This document shows positions 1 to 9,767 of a DNA stretch of 20,000 nucleotides, piece by piece. Each line of letters starts with the position of its first letter. The first letter of the stretch is position 1. Source of the DNA: an uncultured virus (IMG/VR IMGVR_UViG_3300031963_000026) (taxonomy: Duplodnaviria; Heunggongvirae; Uroviricota; Caudoviricetes). The notes below the pieces were generated by a model. The model worked only from the letters and a program-made list of their open reading frames with translations. It searched no databases and was not told the origin of the DNA. A program made the translations under genes and the position numbers. The stretch covers positions 109,363-129,362 of the IMG/VR virus record IMGVR_UViG_3300031963_000026. One strand, given 5' to 3'.

Positions 1-1
1 T

Positions 2-2077
2 CGCCAAAACCTTATTAACAATAAGATTTAATATAGATGGGTGATCCACCACAATCTTAAATGATAATTGACCCGATCTTGATGTGTTTTTATAAGTATA
101 AACAGGTTCAGGTCGTCCAATAAATGTATTTTCATTAAACGACGGTCTTGAATCCTCACTAAATGTTAAACCATAAGGTGGGAACCACATTATTCTACCC
201 CCATTAGGACCTCTCTCACAAGCAGGAAGGTCCGACACTCTAAAACCTTCTTTATTTGACGTTCTCCAAGCCAAGTTTTCAATACTAAACATGTATTTGG
301 TAACGTTTTTCTCAACTGCAGTTGGATTAACGTTGTTACTTGTCGGAACAATATTCAAATTATATGTTGAAGTTATTACAGAATTAACAAATTGATAGAT
401 ACTACCTTTTTGTTTCTGTAAATTTTCATAATTAATATATGGTTTGTCCTTAGCAAACACCCTACAATATTCTCTACCCGCTTCCGTTCCCGACGCATTA
501 GTGTAAGATATCACCCTAGAACCCTTAGTTAATTCCTTATACCCATCACTAAATACTTTAGATACTTGGTCAATTGCGTTACCAACGTGGTTAAGTCTCT
601 TAGCACCATCGGGTTGTGAATCTATTAACCTTTGAGTATCATCTAAAATACTACCCGGTCTAAATTCATAATTAGTTGATTTACCCGCATTGAATTTATC
701 ACTAATACTATTAAATGTTGGGTTATTTGTGGTATAATCACCACCAGGTGCTACATTTTTACCCGCATTTTTACTATATTTCGGTGATACCCATGTGAAC
801 CCTCCTTGAATACCCCCCGCATCCTCATAAGATTTACCCGCAAAACCGTTTTGGATTTGTATATTATTTTCATAATTATTACCCAATACTTCAGGTCCAT
901 ATACAGGAGCATTAACTTCTCTACCCGTTTCATCTTTTGGTATAGCACCCGGAGGTGATGTTAAAGATCCCGGATCTTGATCCTTTGAACCAACATAAAA
1001 GTTTCCTTTAGTTAAGTTTGATAAATTAAACGAAAATATACCACCTACGGCATCATCACTAAACGCGGGTCTAAACTTGTTTTGTTCAATGTTAGATTGT
1101 AGTTGGAATTTTTGACCCGATCCTGTATTTTTTAAGAATAAATCCGACGGTGTTCTACCTCTTGACCCTCTCGTTCCAAACGCCCCCGCAACCGCAGCAC
1201 CAACAACCGTTTGTTGTGTTCTACCAAGGTTGTTCTGTGTCATATCCTCATCAAAATAATCACCCGGTATCGGTGATACAGGATAGTAAGTTCCTGCAAT
1301 TCTGTTAAGAATATCCGCCATTTTACCAATAGCGTTTGACGGAACAGTAATTGTCCAATCTTTTGATACTATAGGTCTTTTACCCGCCAAAACTTGAGCC
1401 ACCTCAAATGGATCTCTAAGTGACTCTAAGAATGTAAGTCTTCCGATTGTTTCGGTTCTAACATTTTGATCAACCCTCGCCTTTAAATTAGCCTTTAACG
1501 CAACCCCAATATCAAACCTTCTTGGTTCAGAATCCAAAGATAATGTACCATCCGACCCTTGTGGATTACTTGAAAGTAAAACCGCATATGGTGAATATAA
1601 TGAGGGTCTAAAACTAGGTGGACCCCAATACGGTGCCAAAACACCTTTAGACCTTTGTATTAAACCAATATTATACGGATTTTGAAAACCTCCGGGAGGT
1701 CCGTATTGGTTGATAATTGACGATGCTTTTTGATAGGATATACTATAATTCTCAATAGCATCGATATATGGGGGAAATGGTCCATATTCCCCCTTATTAG
1801 GTCCCGAACTTACAACATTATTATAATTTATAGTTTTATTAAAACCACCATTAGGACCAAATTCATTAATCTTATATAAATTATCAGAAAAAGGACTGTT
1901 ATCTATTAAAACATCAGGAGAATCAATTACACTATAATCCTGTAATTCGGTTGGGTATGTAACCGCACCACTTGGTGGTGTATATACGCCTGGTTTTCTG
2001 TAAGGTTTAAGATTCCTTACAATTAAACTTTTTCTAATGATCTCGGTTGCATTAAACGATAACGGACTAGTTCCCAT
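2..2077 (-). CDS. Large virion/baseplate-associated protein (3' end runs off the window; missing from the ORF track)
   Basis: ATG at 2077 (MGTSPLSFNATEIIRKSLIVRNLKPY...). Same frame where spot-checked down to the window edge (...GPNGGRIMWFPPYGLTFSEDSRPSFNENTFIGRPEPVYTYKNTSRSGQLSFKIVVDHPSILNLIVNKVLA). Preceded by the TATTTAT motif and directly downstream of the tape measure gene. Function inferred from synteny. Confidence 0.7.
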   Translation of the reverse strand, partial: MGTSPLSFNATEIIRKSLIVRNLKPYRKPGVYTPPSGAVTYPTELQDYSVIDSPDVLIDNSPFSDNLYKINEFGPNGGFNKTINYNNVVSSGPNKGEYGPFPPYIDAIENYSISYQKASSIINQYGPPGGFQNPYNIGLIQRSKGVLAPYWGPPSFRPSLYSPYAVLLSSNPQGSDGTLSLDSEPRRFDIGVALKANLKARVDQNVRTETIGRLTFLESLRDPFEVAQVLAGKRPIVSKDWTITVPSNAIGKMADILNRIAGTYYPVSPIPGDYFDEDMTQNNLGRTQQTVVGAAVAGAFGTRGSRGRTPSDLFLKNTGSGQKFQLQSNIEQNKFRPAFSDDAVGGIFSFNLSNLTKGNFYVGSKDQDPGSLTSPPGAIPKDETGREVNAPVYGPEVLGNNYENNIQIQNGFAGKSYEDAGGIQGGFTWVSPKYSKNAGKNVAPGGDYTTNNPTFNSISDKFNAGKSTNYEFRPGSILDDTQRLIDSQPDGAKRLNHVGNAIDQVSKVFSDGYKELTKGSRVISYTNASGTEAGREYCRVFAKDKPYINYENLQKQKGSIYQFVNSVITSTYNLNIVPTSNNVNPTAVEKNVTKYMFSIENLAWRTSNKEGFRVSDLPACERGPNGGRIMWFPPYGLTFSEDSRPSFNENTFIGRPEPVYTYKNTSRSGQLSFKIVVDHPSILNLIVNKVLA

Positions 2078-2118
2078 CAATAATTCATTTTAATATAAAT
2101 AGATTAGTAGCTATTTTT

Positions 2119-3858
2119 TTATTGACCCGGCGCGTTATAAACATCAGGTTCTTTTAATACTGCTTTAACTGCGTTTGAAAATTGTAAATTTTTAGCATCT
2201 ATTTGACCAACAACTCTATTATCTTGCATAATATCCACCCTACCCGTTAATTGGACAGTAACGGGATCAACTCTAACAGTTTCCGGTTTCTTAGTTTCTT
2301 TAATACCTAATTGTTCTATAAGATCACTAACAATACTTCCAACCGCAGGAACAACAATATTTTCTTTAGAAATTTGTGTTTGAAATGTGGATGCAAAATC
2401 AATTGAGGATATTCTGTCAATACTTTTACTAAAGTTTTCAGAAAAATCAACAATAAAGTCGTTAAGAGTTGTTCCAAACTTATCGTTAAACCCTTCAAGG
2501 TCACCCTTAACTAAATCCTTTATTGCATCAACACCACCGGTTTCAAATCTATCTACTAATTGTCGTTGATCTCCGGGACGAAATGCCTGTCTAACACCTT
2601 CAGAAACAATTCTTTGACCTCCTCTTTGTATTTCAATAAGATCTTGGAACACTTTACTACTAGCAATCCCCGACACTCCGAAACCAACTTTAATCGCTGT
2701 CAAATTATTGTTCATCATTTGTTGTGTTGATAATTGTTCCGCAGCAAAATCCTCTAAGGTTTTGGCACTTGTTGTTTGTGCTTTTATCTTTTCTAAATCA
2801 CCTTGTTGTAGTTGTGAAACCAATCTATCTTGACCATCAACTTTAACCGTAAAACCTCCTTTAATCTTATCAAAATTAGCAACACCCGACAAAAACATTT
2901 TTGTTTCTTCGTCAATTCCGGCAACTTTTAATTCTTTTGATACTTCATTAAGTTGAGCCCTTGCCTTAGCCATTTTAACCATGTTATCATAACTAAGTCC
3001 CGTTTCTTCGGAAATTTTCATTAAATCTCGTCTAGCAGCTGGAGGTATCTCAAATTTACCGGTTTCTTTATTCAAAAAACCCATTCTTTCAACCACACCA
3101 CCAATAGCTTCTTGTAGTCCTTCAGTGTCTTCTTGTGCCAAATACATCAACCTAAACGGATCTGCTAAATCACCAACAGCAACCCCTAATCGTTGAAATG
3201 TATTTACCGCACTAATAGCACCTTCAGGGTCAAATACTTTTGACGCAAAATTAAATACGTCGGACATATCAATCTTTAGTAAAGCCGCTTTTGCCGCCAT
3301 CCTTGCCAAACCATCAACACCCGTTTGAAATCCAAATTTATTAGCATTTGATAAATTATCACTAACTTGTTGAAATACTTGATTTGTATTTGCTCCGAAT
3401 TTTCTAGCTTCAGATAATATGGTTAATGTGTTTTCACCAAAATTATTCATGGATTCACCAAAGTCAGCAAATTTTACAAAACTTTGTGTAATGGATTGAA
3501 TACCTAAACCGGTTGCTGTCGCTGCCGCTTGGATCTCAACCATATTTTTAGCACCAACAACAAAACTATATTCAAGTTCAGAGGCGATATTAGAAATTAT
3601 GTCAGCCGCTTTTTGTGTTAAATTAGCAACATCGGTACCTTGGTCAATAACCAAAGCCAAATCTTTAGATGCGTCGGCAATAGTTTTGGAAACCTCTCTA
3701 TAAGTTTCCCTATTGGCAGTCATGTTCTTTTGAACGGACAGAGATTGCTCATCAAGATTTTCACGAAATTCCTGCAGATTTGCAAAAAATTGTTTGGTAA
3801 GAATGTCGGCCAATCCTTGTCCATATTTATTTAAATCGTCAAAAATATTTTGTGCCAT
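2119..3858 (-). CDS. Tape measure protein-like
   Basis: 579 aa, Ala/Gln/Leu-rich, helical-looking; follows tube and chaperone genes in canonical tail gene order. Confidence 0.7.
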   Translation of the reverse strand: MAQNIFDDLNKYGQGLADILTKQFFANLQEFRENLDEQSLSVQKNMTANRETYREVSKTIADASKDLALVIDQGTDVANLTQKAADIISNIASELEYSFVVGAKNMVEIQAAATATGLGIQSITQSFVKFADFGESMNNFGENTLTILSEARKFGANTNQVFQQVSDNLSNANKFGFQTGVDGLARMAAKAALLKIDMSDVFNFASKVFDPEGAISAVNTFQRLGVAVGDLADPFRLMYLAQEDTEGLQEAIGGVVERMGFLNKETGKFEIPPAARRDLMKISEETGLSYDNMVKMAKARAQLNEVSKELKVAGIDEETKMFLSGVANFDKIKGGFTVKVDGQDRLVSQLQQGDLEKIKAQTTSAKTLEDFAAEQLSTQQMMNNNLTAIKVGFGVSGIASSKVFQDLIEIQRGGQRIVSEGVRQAFRPGDQRQLVDRFETGGVDAIKDLVKGDLEGFNDKFGTTLNDFIVDFSENFSKSIDRISSIDFASTFQTQISKENIVVPAVGSIVSDLIEQLGIKETKKPETVRVDPVTVQLTGRVDIMQDNRVVGQIDAKNLQFSNAVKAVLKEPDVYNAPGQ

Positions 3859-3883
3859 AAACTTTATTTACAATAAATATTGA

Positions 3884-4042
3884 TTAGTTAGTTTTGGGTG
3901 TTAAATCCGTGACCAACTTGTTCATCAAATATTTCCTAAAATAAGTGGGCATACGATAAAAATCTCCATAAGAAACATGTAGATGCTTCGCCAAATAATA
4001 AAATTCGTCAGATAATACTCTGTTATAATCAGAAGAAAGGGC
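3884..4042 (-). CDS. Frameshift extension of the tail assembly chaperone (GT-like / gp51-like segment)
   Basis: 52 open codons (ALSSDYNRVLSDEFYYLAKHLHVSYGDFYRMPTYFRKYLMNKLVTDLTPKTN) in the +1 frame overlapping the end of 4029..4772. First ATG is at codon 31. Begins right after TTT TTT C at 4049-4043. Confidence 0.65.
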   Translation of the reverse strand, partial: ALSSDYNRVLSDEFYYLAKHLHVSYGDFYRMPTYFRKYLMNKLVTDLTPKTN

Positions 4043-4772
4043 GAAAAAACTCTGCCCCAAAGGCGATATTCAAATCTACCTTTTTTCCGGATGGGGCGAT
4101 AACTGTTTTCACAAGATCCAATCTTGGTTCATTTTCATTAATGAATTTTTTAATGTATTTAGAATCCATAATAGGCATAGATTCAATAAACTTAATAATA
4201 TTTTCAGGGCTAGTATCATCATTAATACTAATAATTGACTTAGCCAATCTTGTAGTCACCGTAGGTGCTTTACCCACAGGATACATCGCATTCATTCTAT
4301 CCAACTCTGTCATATCACCCAATGTCAATGGTTTTAATTTTACCTTCACTTCACTTCTTGGTAAAGTTGTGGTCCATGTCCCATCCTCATTAGGTAATTG
4401 ATTTGTTCGTTTAATATTTAACTCATCTAACATCACATTACCCTTAAACTCATTACCAGTCTCGGGGTCAATTAATTTGAATGTGTATTCGGGACCAAAC
4501 GATGTGTTCCTTAAAAAGATAAGAATAGCTTCAATATCACCATTTAACAAATCTTCGGGTCTAATTCCCGGTTCATATAATTTTGATCTAATTAGTGTTG
4601 TTACTATGGAATCGGAAGGTGCCGACATAATTGTGTTTTCATCCGAAGCGGTCAAATATCCCACTTTCACAGATTCCTTTTTATTTTTATAAAAAATTCC
4701 TCTTGATGGTAAAGGCACCACATCATGTGGTAAATTAAAATCAATTTGTCCGTATTGTGTTGCGTCTTGCAT
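4029..4772 (-). CDS. Tail assembly chaperone / baseplate hub assembly protein (T4 gp26-like)
   Basis: 247 aa with LPSRG..Y, LTASDE, GDIEAILIFLR..SFG..Y and a C-terminal EFF motif; lies between tube and tape measure. Confidence 0.7.
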   Translation of the reverse strand: MQDATQYGQIDFNLPHDVVPLPSRGIFYKNKKESVKVGYLTASDENTIMSAPSDSIVTTLIRSKLYEPGIRPEDLLNGDIEAILIFLRNTSFGPEYTFKLIDPETGNEFKGNVMLDELNIKRTNQLPNEDGTWTTTLPRSEVKVKLKPLTLGDMTELDRMNAMYPVGKAPTVTTRLAKSIISINDDTSPENIIKFIESMPIMDSKYIKKFINENEPRLDLVKTVIAPSGKKVDLNIAFGAEFFRPFF

Positions 4773-4802
4773 AAAAAAACCGTAGAGTTTGGCTCTACGG
4801 TT
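4773..4802 (-). terminator. Rho-independent terminator after the tail tube gene
   Basis: Perfect 10-bp stem AACCGTAGAG (4778-4787) / CTCTACGGTT (4793-4802), 5-nt loop; T7 run on the minus strand (4779-4773) that overlaps the stem base by 2 nt. Confidence 0.75.
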
Positions 4803-4834
4803 AAATATAGTGTAGTAATATTTTTAGTAAATAA

Positions 4835-5323
4835 TTAATATACCAAGATACAACGATCCATACGTAATGAACAAGATAGAGTCGCTAACTTATCATCACT
4901 ATATGATGCTTGTGACCAAGATACATCAGTCAAGAAAGTATTTTCAAGTATCCACTTTTCAACAACAACACCCGTTGGATCTAACATCTCTAAGTCAATG
5001 TTTTTCTTATAACCCGCAGCATAACCCATACGACCTGTTACAGATTCAGCGTGCAAACGAACCCACTCCATTAATGCCTGTGTTGCCGATGGCCCAATAG
5101 GATCCACAAAATCAACTTTAATCGGGTCCCAATTGAATCTACCCGCAACGAATGTACTTGTATTTAAGAACGGTATTTCTGTACTACCTATTTTTATTGC
5201 CGGTCTTCCCGAACTCTGAACATACCATTCGTTAATACCCAATGAAGAAGGGAATCTTAATATAAATCGGTTATTCCTTTTGGGTTCATAAGGAATAGGC
5301 ATTTTCATTAACAAATCAGCCAT
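4835..5323 (-). CDS. Tail tube protein (T4 gp19-like)
   Basis: 162 aa; EPKRNNRF, GRFNWDPI.V.F.D, EW, GYKKNIDLEMLDPTGVVVEKW pattern; downstream of sheath. Confidence 0.85.
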   Translation of the reverse strand: MADLLMKMPIPYEPKRNNRFILRFPSSLGINEWYVQSSGRPAIKIGSTEIPFLNTSTFVAGRFNWDPIKVDFVDPIGPSATQALMEWVRLHAESVTGRMGYAAGYKKNIDLEMLDPTGVVVEKWILENTFLTDVSWSQASYSDDKLATLSCSLRMDRCILVY

Positions 5324-5415
5324 ATCTTTAAATTTTAATCTTTTTTAGTTTTATATATAAATACTCGTCAAAAAGTTTTTCTATTTACTTTTTTTTTTGA
5401 CAAACTATTCTCATA

Positions 5416-6276
5416 TTAATATTTCTTTTTTATACCTCCGGTCGTTGAATAAGTTGTTAAATCAACTCCTTCGGGTTTATTTTTTTCAAAATGAGTTTTC
5501 ATTTTTTCAACGTTTCTAATATCATCATCTGAAAATCCAATCATAGGTATGAACTTATTAGCAATCTTTTCTTTCATGAAAGCTCTTTTATGAATTTTCT
5601 TAGCAATTTTTTTAACGTGATCAATAAAATCATTCATAGCATCAATTTTACCCTCTTCGGGGTTTGAAGCACTTCCCGAACCATAACTAACTGGTGAAAA
5701 TTGACACATATCTAAATATTCACGAATAATTTCATCATCCGACATATCTTCCATATCATCAATAGATCTGTAATTTCTTAGATTTTTAATCAAAAGTTTT
5801 TTATTAATACCATTGTGATTTGATACTATCATATTATATACCGATTCTTTCAGAGTATCGGGTTTGTGACCTCTAGCCGTTATAATAGCAAACACCGAAC
5901 CACCATTAATCGCTTCAATAAAATCATCCCAAGCCGGACCAGTATCGGCAACCATTGAATCAATCAAAAAATCCTTATCACCTTCAGTTCTAAAGTTTCT
6001 AAATGGGTCATCTGCAAATCCTACAATAGTTCTACCTTTATATTTAAAGGGTTCTTTACCAATCTCTGTTCGGTACTCAGCAAAATCCTCCGTTCCCATA
6101 GGTACTTCATCCCCATCCTCATCTTCTAACATGATTTTGGTCGGCATATAAAGTAAATTATCATCCCAATCAAAAGCATAATACTTCATGTCAGGAGTTC
6201 CTTTGTCACCAATCCCCTCGTTAATGTATGAGGGAATTAGTGATTTTAGGATTCTATTTTTTAATAGATCTTTCAT
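5416..6276 (-). CDS. HAD-superfamily-like phosphatase/hydrolase
   Basis: Motif I-like AFDWDDNL, motif II-like IITARG, Lys (GK) and motif IV-like GFSDDD. Confidence 0.55.
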   Translation of the reverse strand: MKDLLKNRILKSLIPSYINEGIGDKGTPDMKYYAFDWDDNLLYMPTKIMLEDEDGDEVPMGTEDFAEYRTEIGKEPFKYKGRTIVGFADDPFRNFRTEGDKDFLIDSMVADTGPAWDDFIEAINGGSVFAIITARGHKPDTLKESVYNMIVSNHNGINKKLLIKNLRNYRSIDDMEDMSDDEIIREYLDMCQFSPVSYGSGSASNPEEGKIDAMNDFIDHVKKIAKKIHKRAFMKEKIANKFIPMIGFSDDDIRNVEKMKTHFEKNKPEGVDLTTYSTTGGIKKKY

Positions 6277-6279
6277 TTA

Positions 6280-9200
6280 TTAGATATTTTCAAAAGACGC
6301 ACCTGTTGGTGTAATTAAGAACTCGATATCAATGAATTCCAAAGATTTAGTTGGTTTAATATAAACTTTACCCACCAATTGGTTTCTATCCAAATCTTCG
6401 GGTGAAGAACTTACCGTAACTCTGAAATCATATAGACCTCTATCTCTTCTAATTGAATCCAAAATAGGATTAACCGCATCTAAGAAATCTTGTCTAACTT
6501 TCTCATCGTTTTGTTCAAACAACAATCTAACCGCAACCGCTGAAATTAATTTACGAGCTTGTAACAACAATCTTCTAACATTTAATCTGTCAAGTGCTGA
6601 TTGTGCAACTTGTAGTGTTTTATTACCCCAAATTACAGTTCCAACATCTGAGAAAGTTGCGATAGGATTAATTCTTCCTTGATACAATGTATCTCTATCT
6701 GTTTGAGTTAGTTTTCTTCTTGCTTTTACCGAATTAACCAAACCTCTAGTATAACCCGCCGATGCGAACCAAGGGAAAGCTATATTATCGGTAAGTGCTA
6801 AGTTTCTACAAACCTCACCTGTTGGTGGAAGATAAATTTGTGTGTTATTAACAGTATCTCTAACTAAAATCCAAGGATAATAAGTTGATGTATAGTTAGA
6901 ATCAATACCAGTATCATCCAAAGTATTAACAGCTTCAGTCGGATCAATGAAATCTTGTGAATCCACCGTTGAAACCAATAGGTCAATATCGGGAGTTGTT
7001 GTGATATAGATCGAATCCGCTCTATCTTGCTCAACCATCTCAATTGCGTTTTCAACTAAGTTACTGTTATTTACATAATCAATACCCGGAGTTGCGAATA
7101 CGTTAATATTAGTTGCTTCAGGATTTGCGAATGTTTGAATACCAATTAAGTAAGCATAATAGTCAGTTGTTGCATAATCGGTAGTGTTATTACCATATGT
7201 ATATGGTCTAAACGCACCCCAACCAGTTGCCGATGGATATCTTGTATCACAAGTAGATGAAACACCTTTCTGATATCCTGTACCACCTAAAATAAATTCA
7301 TCACCATTAGATCTTCTTTCTCTATAAATGTCCCAACCATCAAAACCACCTTGAACTAAGAATGTGAATTTACGTGATTGTATTTTATAATATGGATTAG
7401 CGGGATCTGTTGGGTCTGTTGTGAAACTTGTTGATCCAACTTCAAATGCCGATGTTCCTGAAGATAGGTATGAATTTGCGATAGTTACTACCGTAGCACC
7501 ACTATCCATGTGGAAACCTTTAGTTTGATAAGTCCAACTTGATGCCTCATTACAAATACTTGTTGGGTTTTGTTTTCCTTTATATTGGAACAAATCGGAG
7601 TCAATACCCAATTGTGATGAAAATCCTAAGTAAGTAGTTCTAACTTTATCACCACTTGATGTTGTTGAATTATCTGCCGAACCTGTAGCATTTCCAAATG
7701 GTGGGTTGTAAATAACTTCACCAGGGAAATCATACTTAGTTTTATATACAGGTTGTGGTGGTGTGTTTGATGTTGAAGAATAGGTTCTTTCAATTAAACC
7801 TTCAAAACCACAAGGAATGGCATCTACAGGTGCATCATAATTAAGCTCCAACATAATAAACTTAGAGTTTAATTGGTATTCACCATCAGAGGTACCAACT
7901 TTAACACCAATGTAACTATTTTGACTAGGATCCATTGTACAGTTTGTGAATTTCTCCAAAATAACAGGATTTGTGTCCGTATCGTAAAAATCCCTAACAG
8001 CAATATCAAAAGTTAAATTATTGAACGACATATTCAATATTGAAACTTTAACTTGTGTATTAGCAGCATTACCATCTGAAATTGTAATTACTTTGAAAAG
8101 TTCATACACCTGATTACCTCGAAGTTCTGAAACCACCCAAGGAGAACTTGGTGTTTGGTAAGGATCTAAGAAATAAGCCATAGTTCCTGTTGTGTTAGCA
8201 GCTCTCAACCCCGGTAACTGAATTAAACTTGTGCTTAGTCCTCTAATGTAACCTTTATTATAACCAAAATTCAACAAGTTAGGATAAATTTCTTCTACGA
8301 AAAGAGGAACTACTGTTCTGTCTTTACCAAAATTATCTTTACCCAATACTTTACTCAAATAGTTAGTTCCTGTTTGTTGCATTGACGCAGTTAGTGTGAA
8401 TGGTGTGGAATTTGAAGTTGTTAAACCTGAAATTTGGAATTCTGTGTATGGATTTTTAGTTACACCGCTATTTACATCTACCAAATTAACATTTGATTGA
8501 GCACTTACAACAAAATCGGGTCCCGCAACTCCGGAACCGTAATTAGAAACACCTCTTGATCTCAATGTTGCAACCACCATATTATTATATGCTGAATATG
8601 CAGTACCTGACCAACCAAAAGTTTGTCCCGAAATCGTTCCCGTGTATGATGTGTAAGATCCAGCACTTAAACCTCCCGACAATGAACTTAAGAAAGTTAC
8701 AAAAGAACGACCAACATACGCATTGCCCGAACTGATATTAAACAATGAATAATACCAAGGATCATTTAAATAAGATGTGTAATCCTGAGATGATGCGTTT
8801 GTGTTATAAACACCTAAAACGTTTGTTGAAGCCGTGTAAGCACCTGATGTATATGTTGTGTTAGTTGCCGATGGTAAACTACCAAAAATATATGATGTTG
8901 CACCTGAATTAACTTGAACAACCGCAGCGGTATCATTACCAAAAACCGTTAATAATAAATTTTGTAAATCTGTTGTAAATGTTGAAGTACTACCATCTAT
9001 TTTAGTATATGACGCATTTACGTCTGTATATGCTGACAATCCGTTTGTTAAAATATTTACAGTTCCCGTTGAGTTAGCACTAAATGTAACTGTGAATCCA
9101 ACAGGTGTATTACCTGTAATACCAATTGTTGATGTATTTGGATTTGCAATCGTTTTGATAGTCCAAGATGGTCCTGCATCATATCCTGATAGACCTAATA

Positions 9201-9486
9201 TTCTTGATACAAATAACTGATTTGATTGTTGTAAATATGATTTTGCAATATATGCCATTTCATATTTAGGAATTTGTGTGTTCACAAATTTTTCTGTTGA
9301 AGTTCCACCGAAATATGTTTCATACTCATCAAAACTAGTGATAAAAATTGGTTCGAAAGCGGGACCTTTTAGTGCCTCACCAACCAAACCCAATGTTGTA
9401 ACACCAACACTTTGAGCAACAAAACTTAAATCCCTTTCTGAGGTATAAACCCCAGGTGAAACGAATACCTTATTTGCTGTAGCCAT
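6280..9486 (-). CDS. Contractile tail sheath protein
   Basis: 1068 aa; N-terminal SPGVYTSERDLS; C-terminal PWFASAGYTRG, LYQGRINPI, IWGNKTLQ, LDRLNVRRLL, RGLYDFRV, YIKPTKSLEFI sheath motifs. Confidence 0.95.
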   Translation of the reverse strand: MATANKVFVSPGVYTSERDLSFVAQSVGVTTLGLVGEALKGPAFEPIFITSFDEYETYFGGTSTEKFVNTQIPKYEMAYIAKSYLQQSNQLFVSRILGLSGYDAGPSWTIKTIANPNTSTIGITGNTPVGFTVTFSANSTGTVNILTNGLSAYTDVNASYTKIDGSTSTFTTDLQNLLLTVFGNDTAAVVQVNSGATSYIFGSLPSATNTTYTSGAYTASTNVLGVYNTNASSQDYTSYLNDPWYYSLFNISSGNAYVGRSFVTFLSSLSGGLSAGSYTSYTGTISGQTFGWSGTAYSAYNNMVVATLRSRGVSNYGSGVAGPDFVVSAQSNVNLVDVNSGVTKNPYTEFQISGLTTSNSTPFTLTASMQQTGTNYLSKVLGKDNFGKDRTVVPLFVEEIYPNLLNFGYNKGYIRGLSTSLIQLPGLRAANTTGTMAYFLDPYQTPSSPWVVSELRGNQVYELFKVITISDGNAANTQVKVSILNMSFNNLTFDIAVRDFYDTDTNPVILEKFTNCTMDPSQNSYIGVKVGTSDGEYQLNSKFIMLELNYDAPVDAIPCGFEGLIERTYSSTSNTPPQPVYKTKYDFPGEVIYNPPFGNATGSADNSTTSSGDKVRTTYLGFSSQLGIDSDLFQYKGKQNPTSICNEASSWTYQTKGFHMDSGATVVTIANSYLSSGTSAFEVGSTSFTTDPTDPANPYYKIQSRKFTFLVQGGFDGWDIYRERRSNGDEFILGGTGYQKGVSSTCDTRYPSATGWGAFRPYTYGNNTTDYATTDYYAYLIGIQTFANPEATNINVFATPGIDYVNNSNLVENAIEMVEQDRADSIYITTTPDIDLLVSTVDSQDFIDPTEAVNTLDDTGIDSNYTSTYYPWILVRDTVNNTQIYLPPTGEVCRNLALTDNIAFPWFASAGYTRGLVNSVKARRKLTQTDRDTLYQGRINPIATFSDVGTVIWGNKTLQVAQSALDRLNVRRLLLQARKLISAVAVRLLFEQNDEKVRQDFLDAVNPILDSIRRDRGLYDFRVTVSSSPEDLDRNQLVGKVYIKPTKSLEFIDIEFLITPTGASFENI

Positions 9487-9515
9487 TATAATAAAAGTTT
9501 TTTAATTTATTTACC

Positions 9516-9522
9516 ATAAATA
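9516..9522 (-). promoter_or_regulatory. Recurrent TATTTAT upstream motif (putative phage promoter), sheath copy
   Basis: Same heptamer on the coding strand upstream of 12 genes (see findings). Confidence 0.6.
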
Positions 9523-9608
9523 CTTTACTTTTAACCAAAAACCGAAGATAATATAAAGTTCATTATCTTTATTTCTACTAAAAATATCTTTTTTTGATAT
9601 TTAACGAT

Positions 9609-9767
9609 ATGGATACCGAGAAAGTCAAAAACGTTAAAATAAGTAAGACCTCACATGATTTATTAAAATCATATTGTGACGACCGTGGATTAAAAATTTA
9701 TAAGTTTTTGGAAAAACTAATTAAAGATAATTGTAAATCTAAAAAAGATTTATACGGTGACAATTAA
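9609..9767 (+). CDS. Small ribbon-helix-helix-like DNA-binding protein (52 aa, not in ORF track)
   Basis: MDTEKVKNVKISKTSHDLLKSYCDDRGLKIYKFLEKLIKDNCKSKKDLYGDN*: alternating strand KNVKIS, helix, G turn, helix. Divergent from the sheath gene. Confidence 0.65.
   Translation: MDTEKVKNVKISKTSHDLLKSYCDDRGLKIYKFLEKLIKDNCKSKKDLYGDN

Noticed and set aside
5367..5402. Inverted repeat GTCAAAAA/TTTTTGAC and a TTGACA hexamer
   Set aside because: Mostly homopolymer pairing, and no properly spaced -10 box follows TTGACA.
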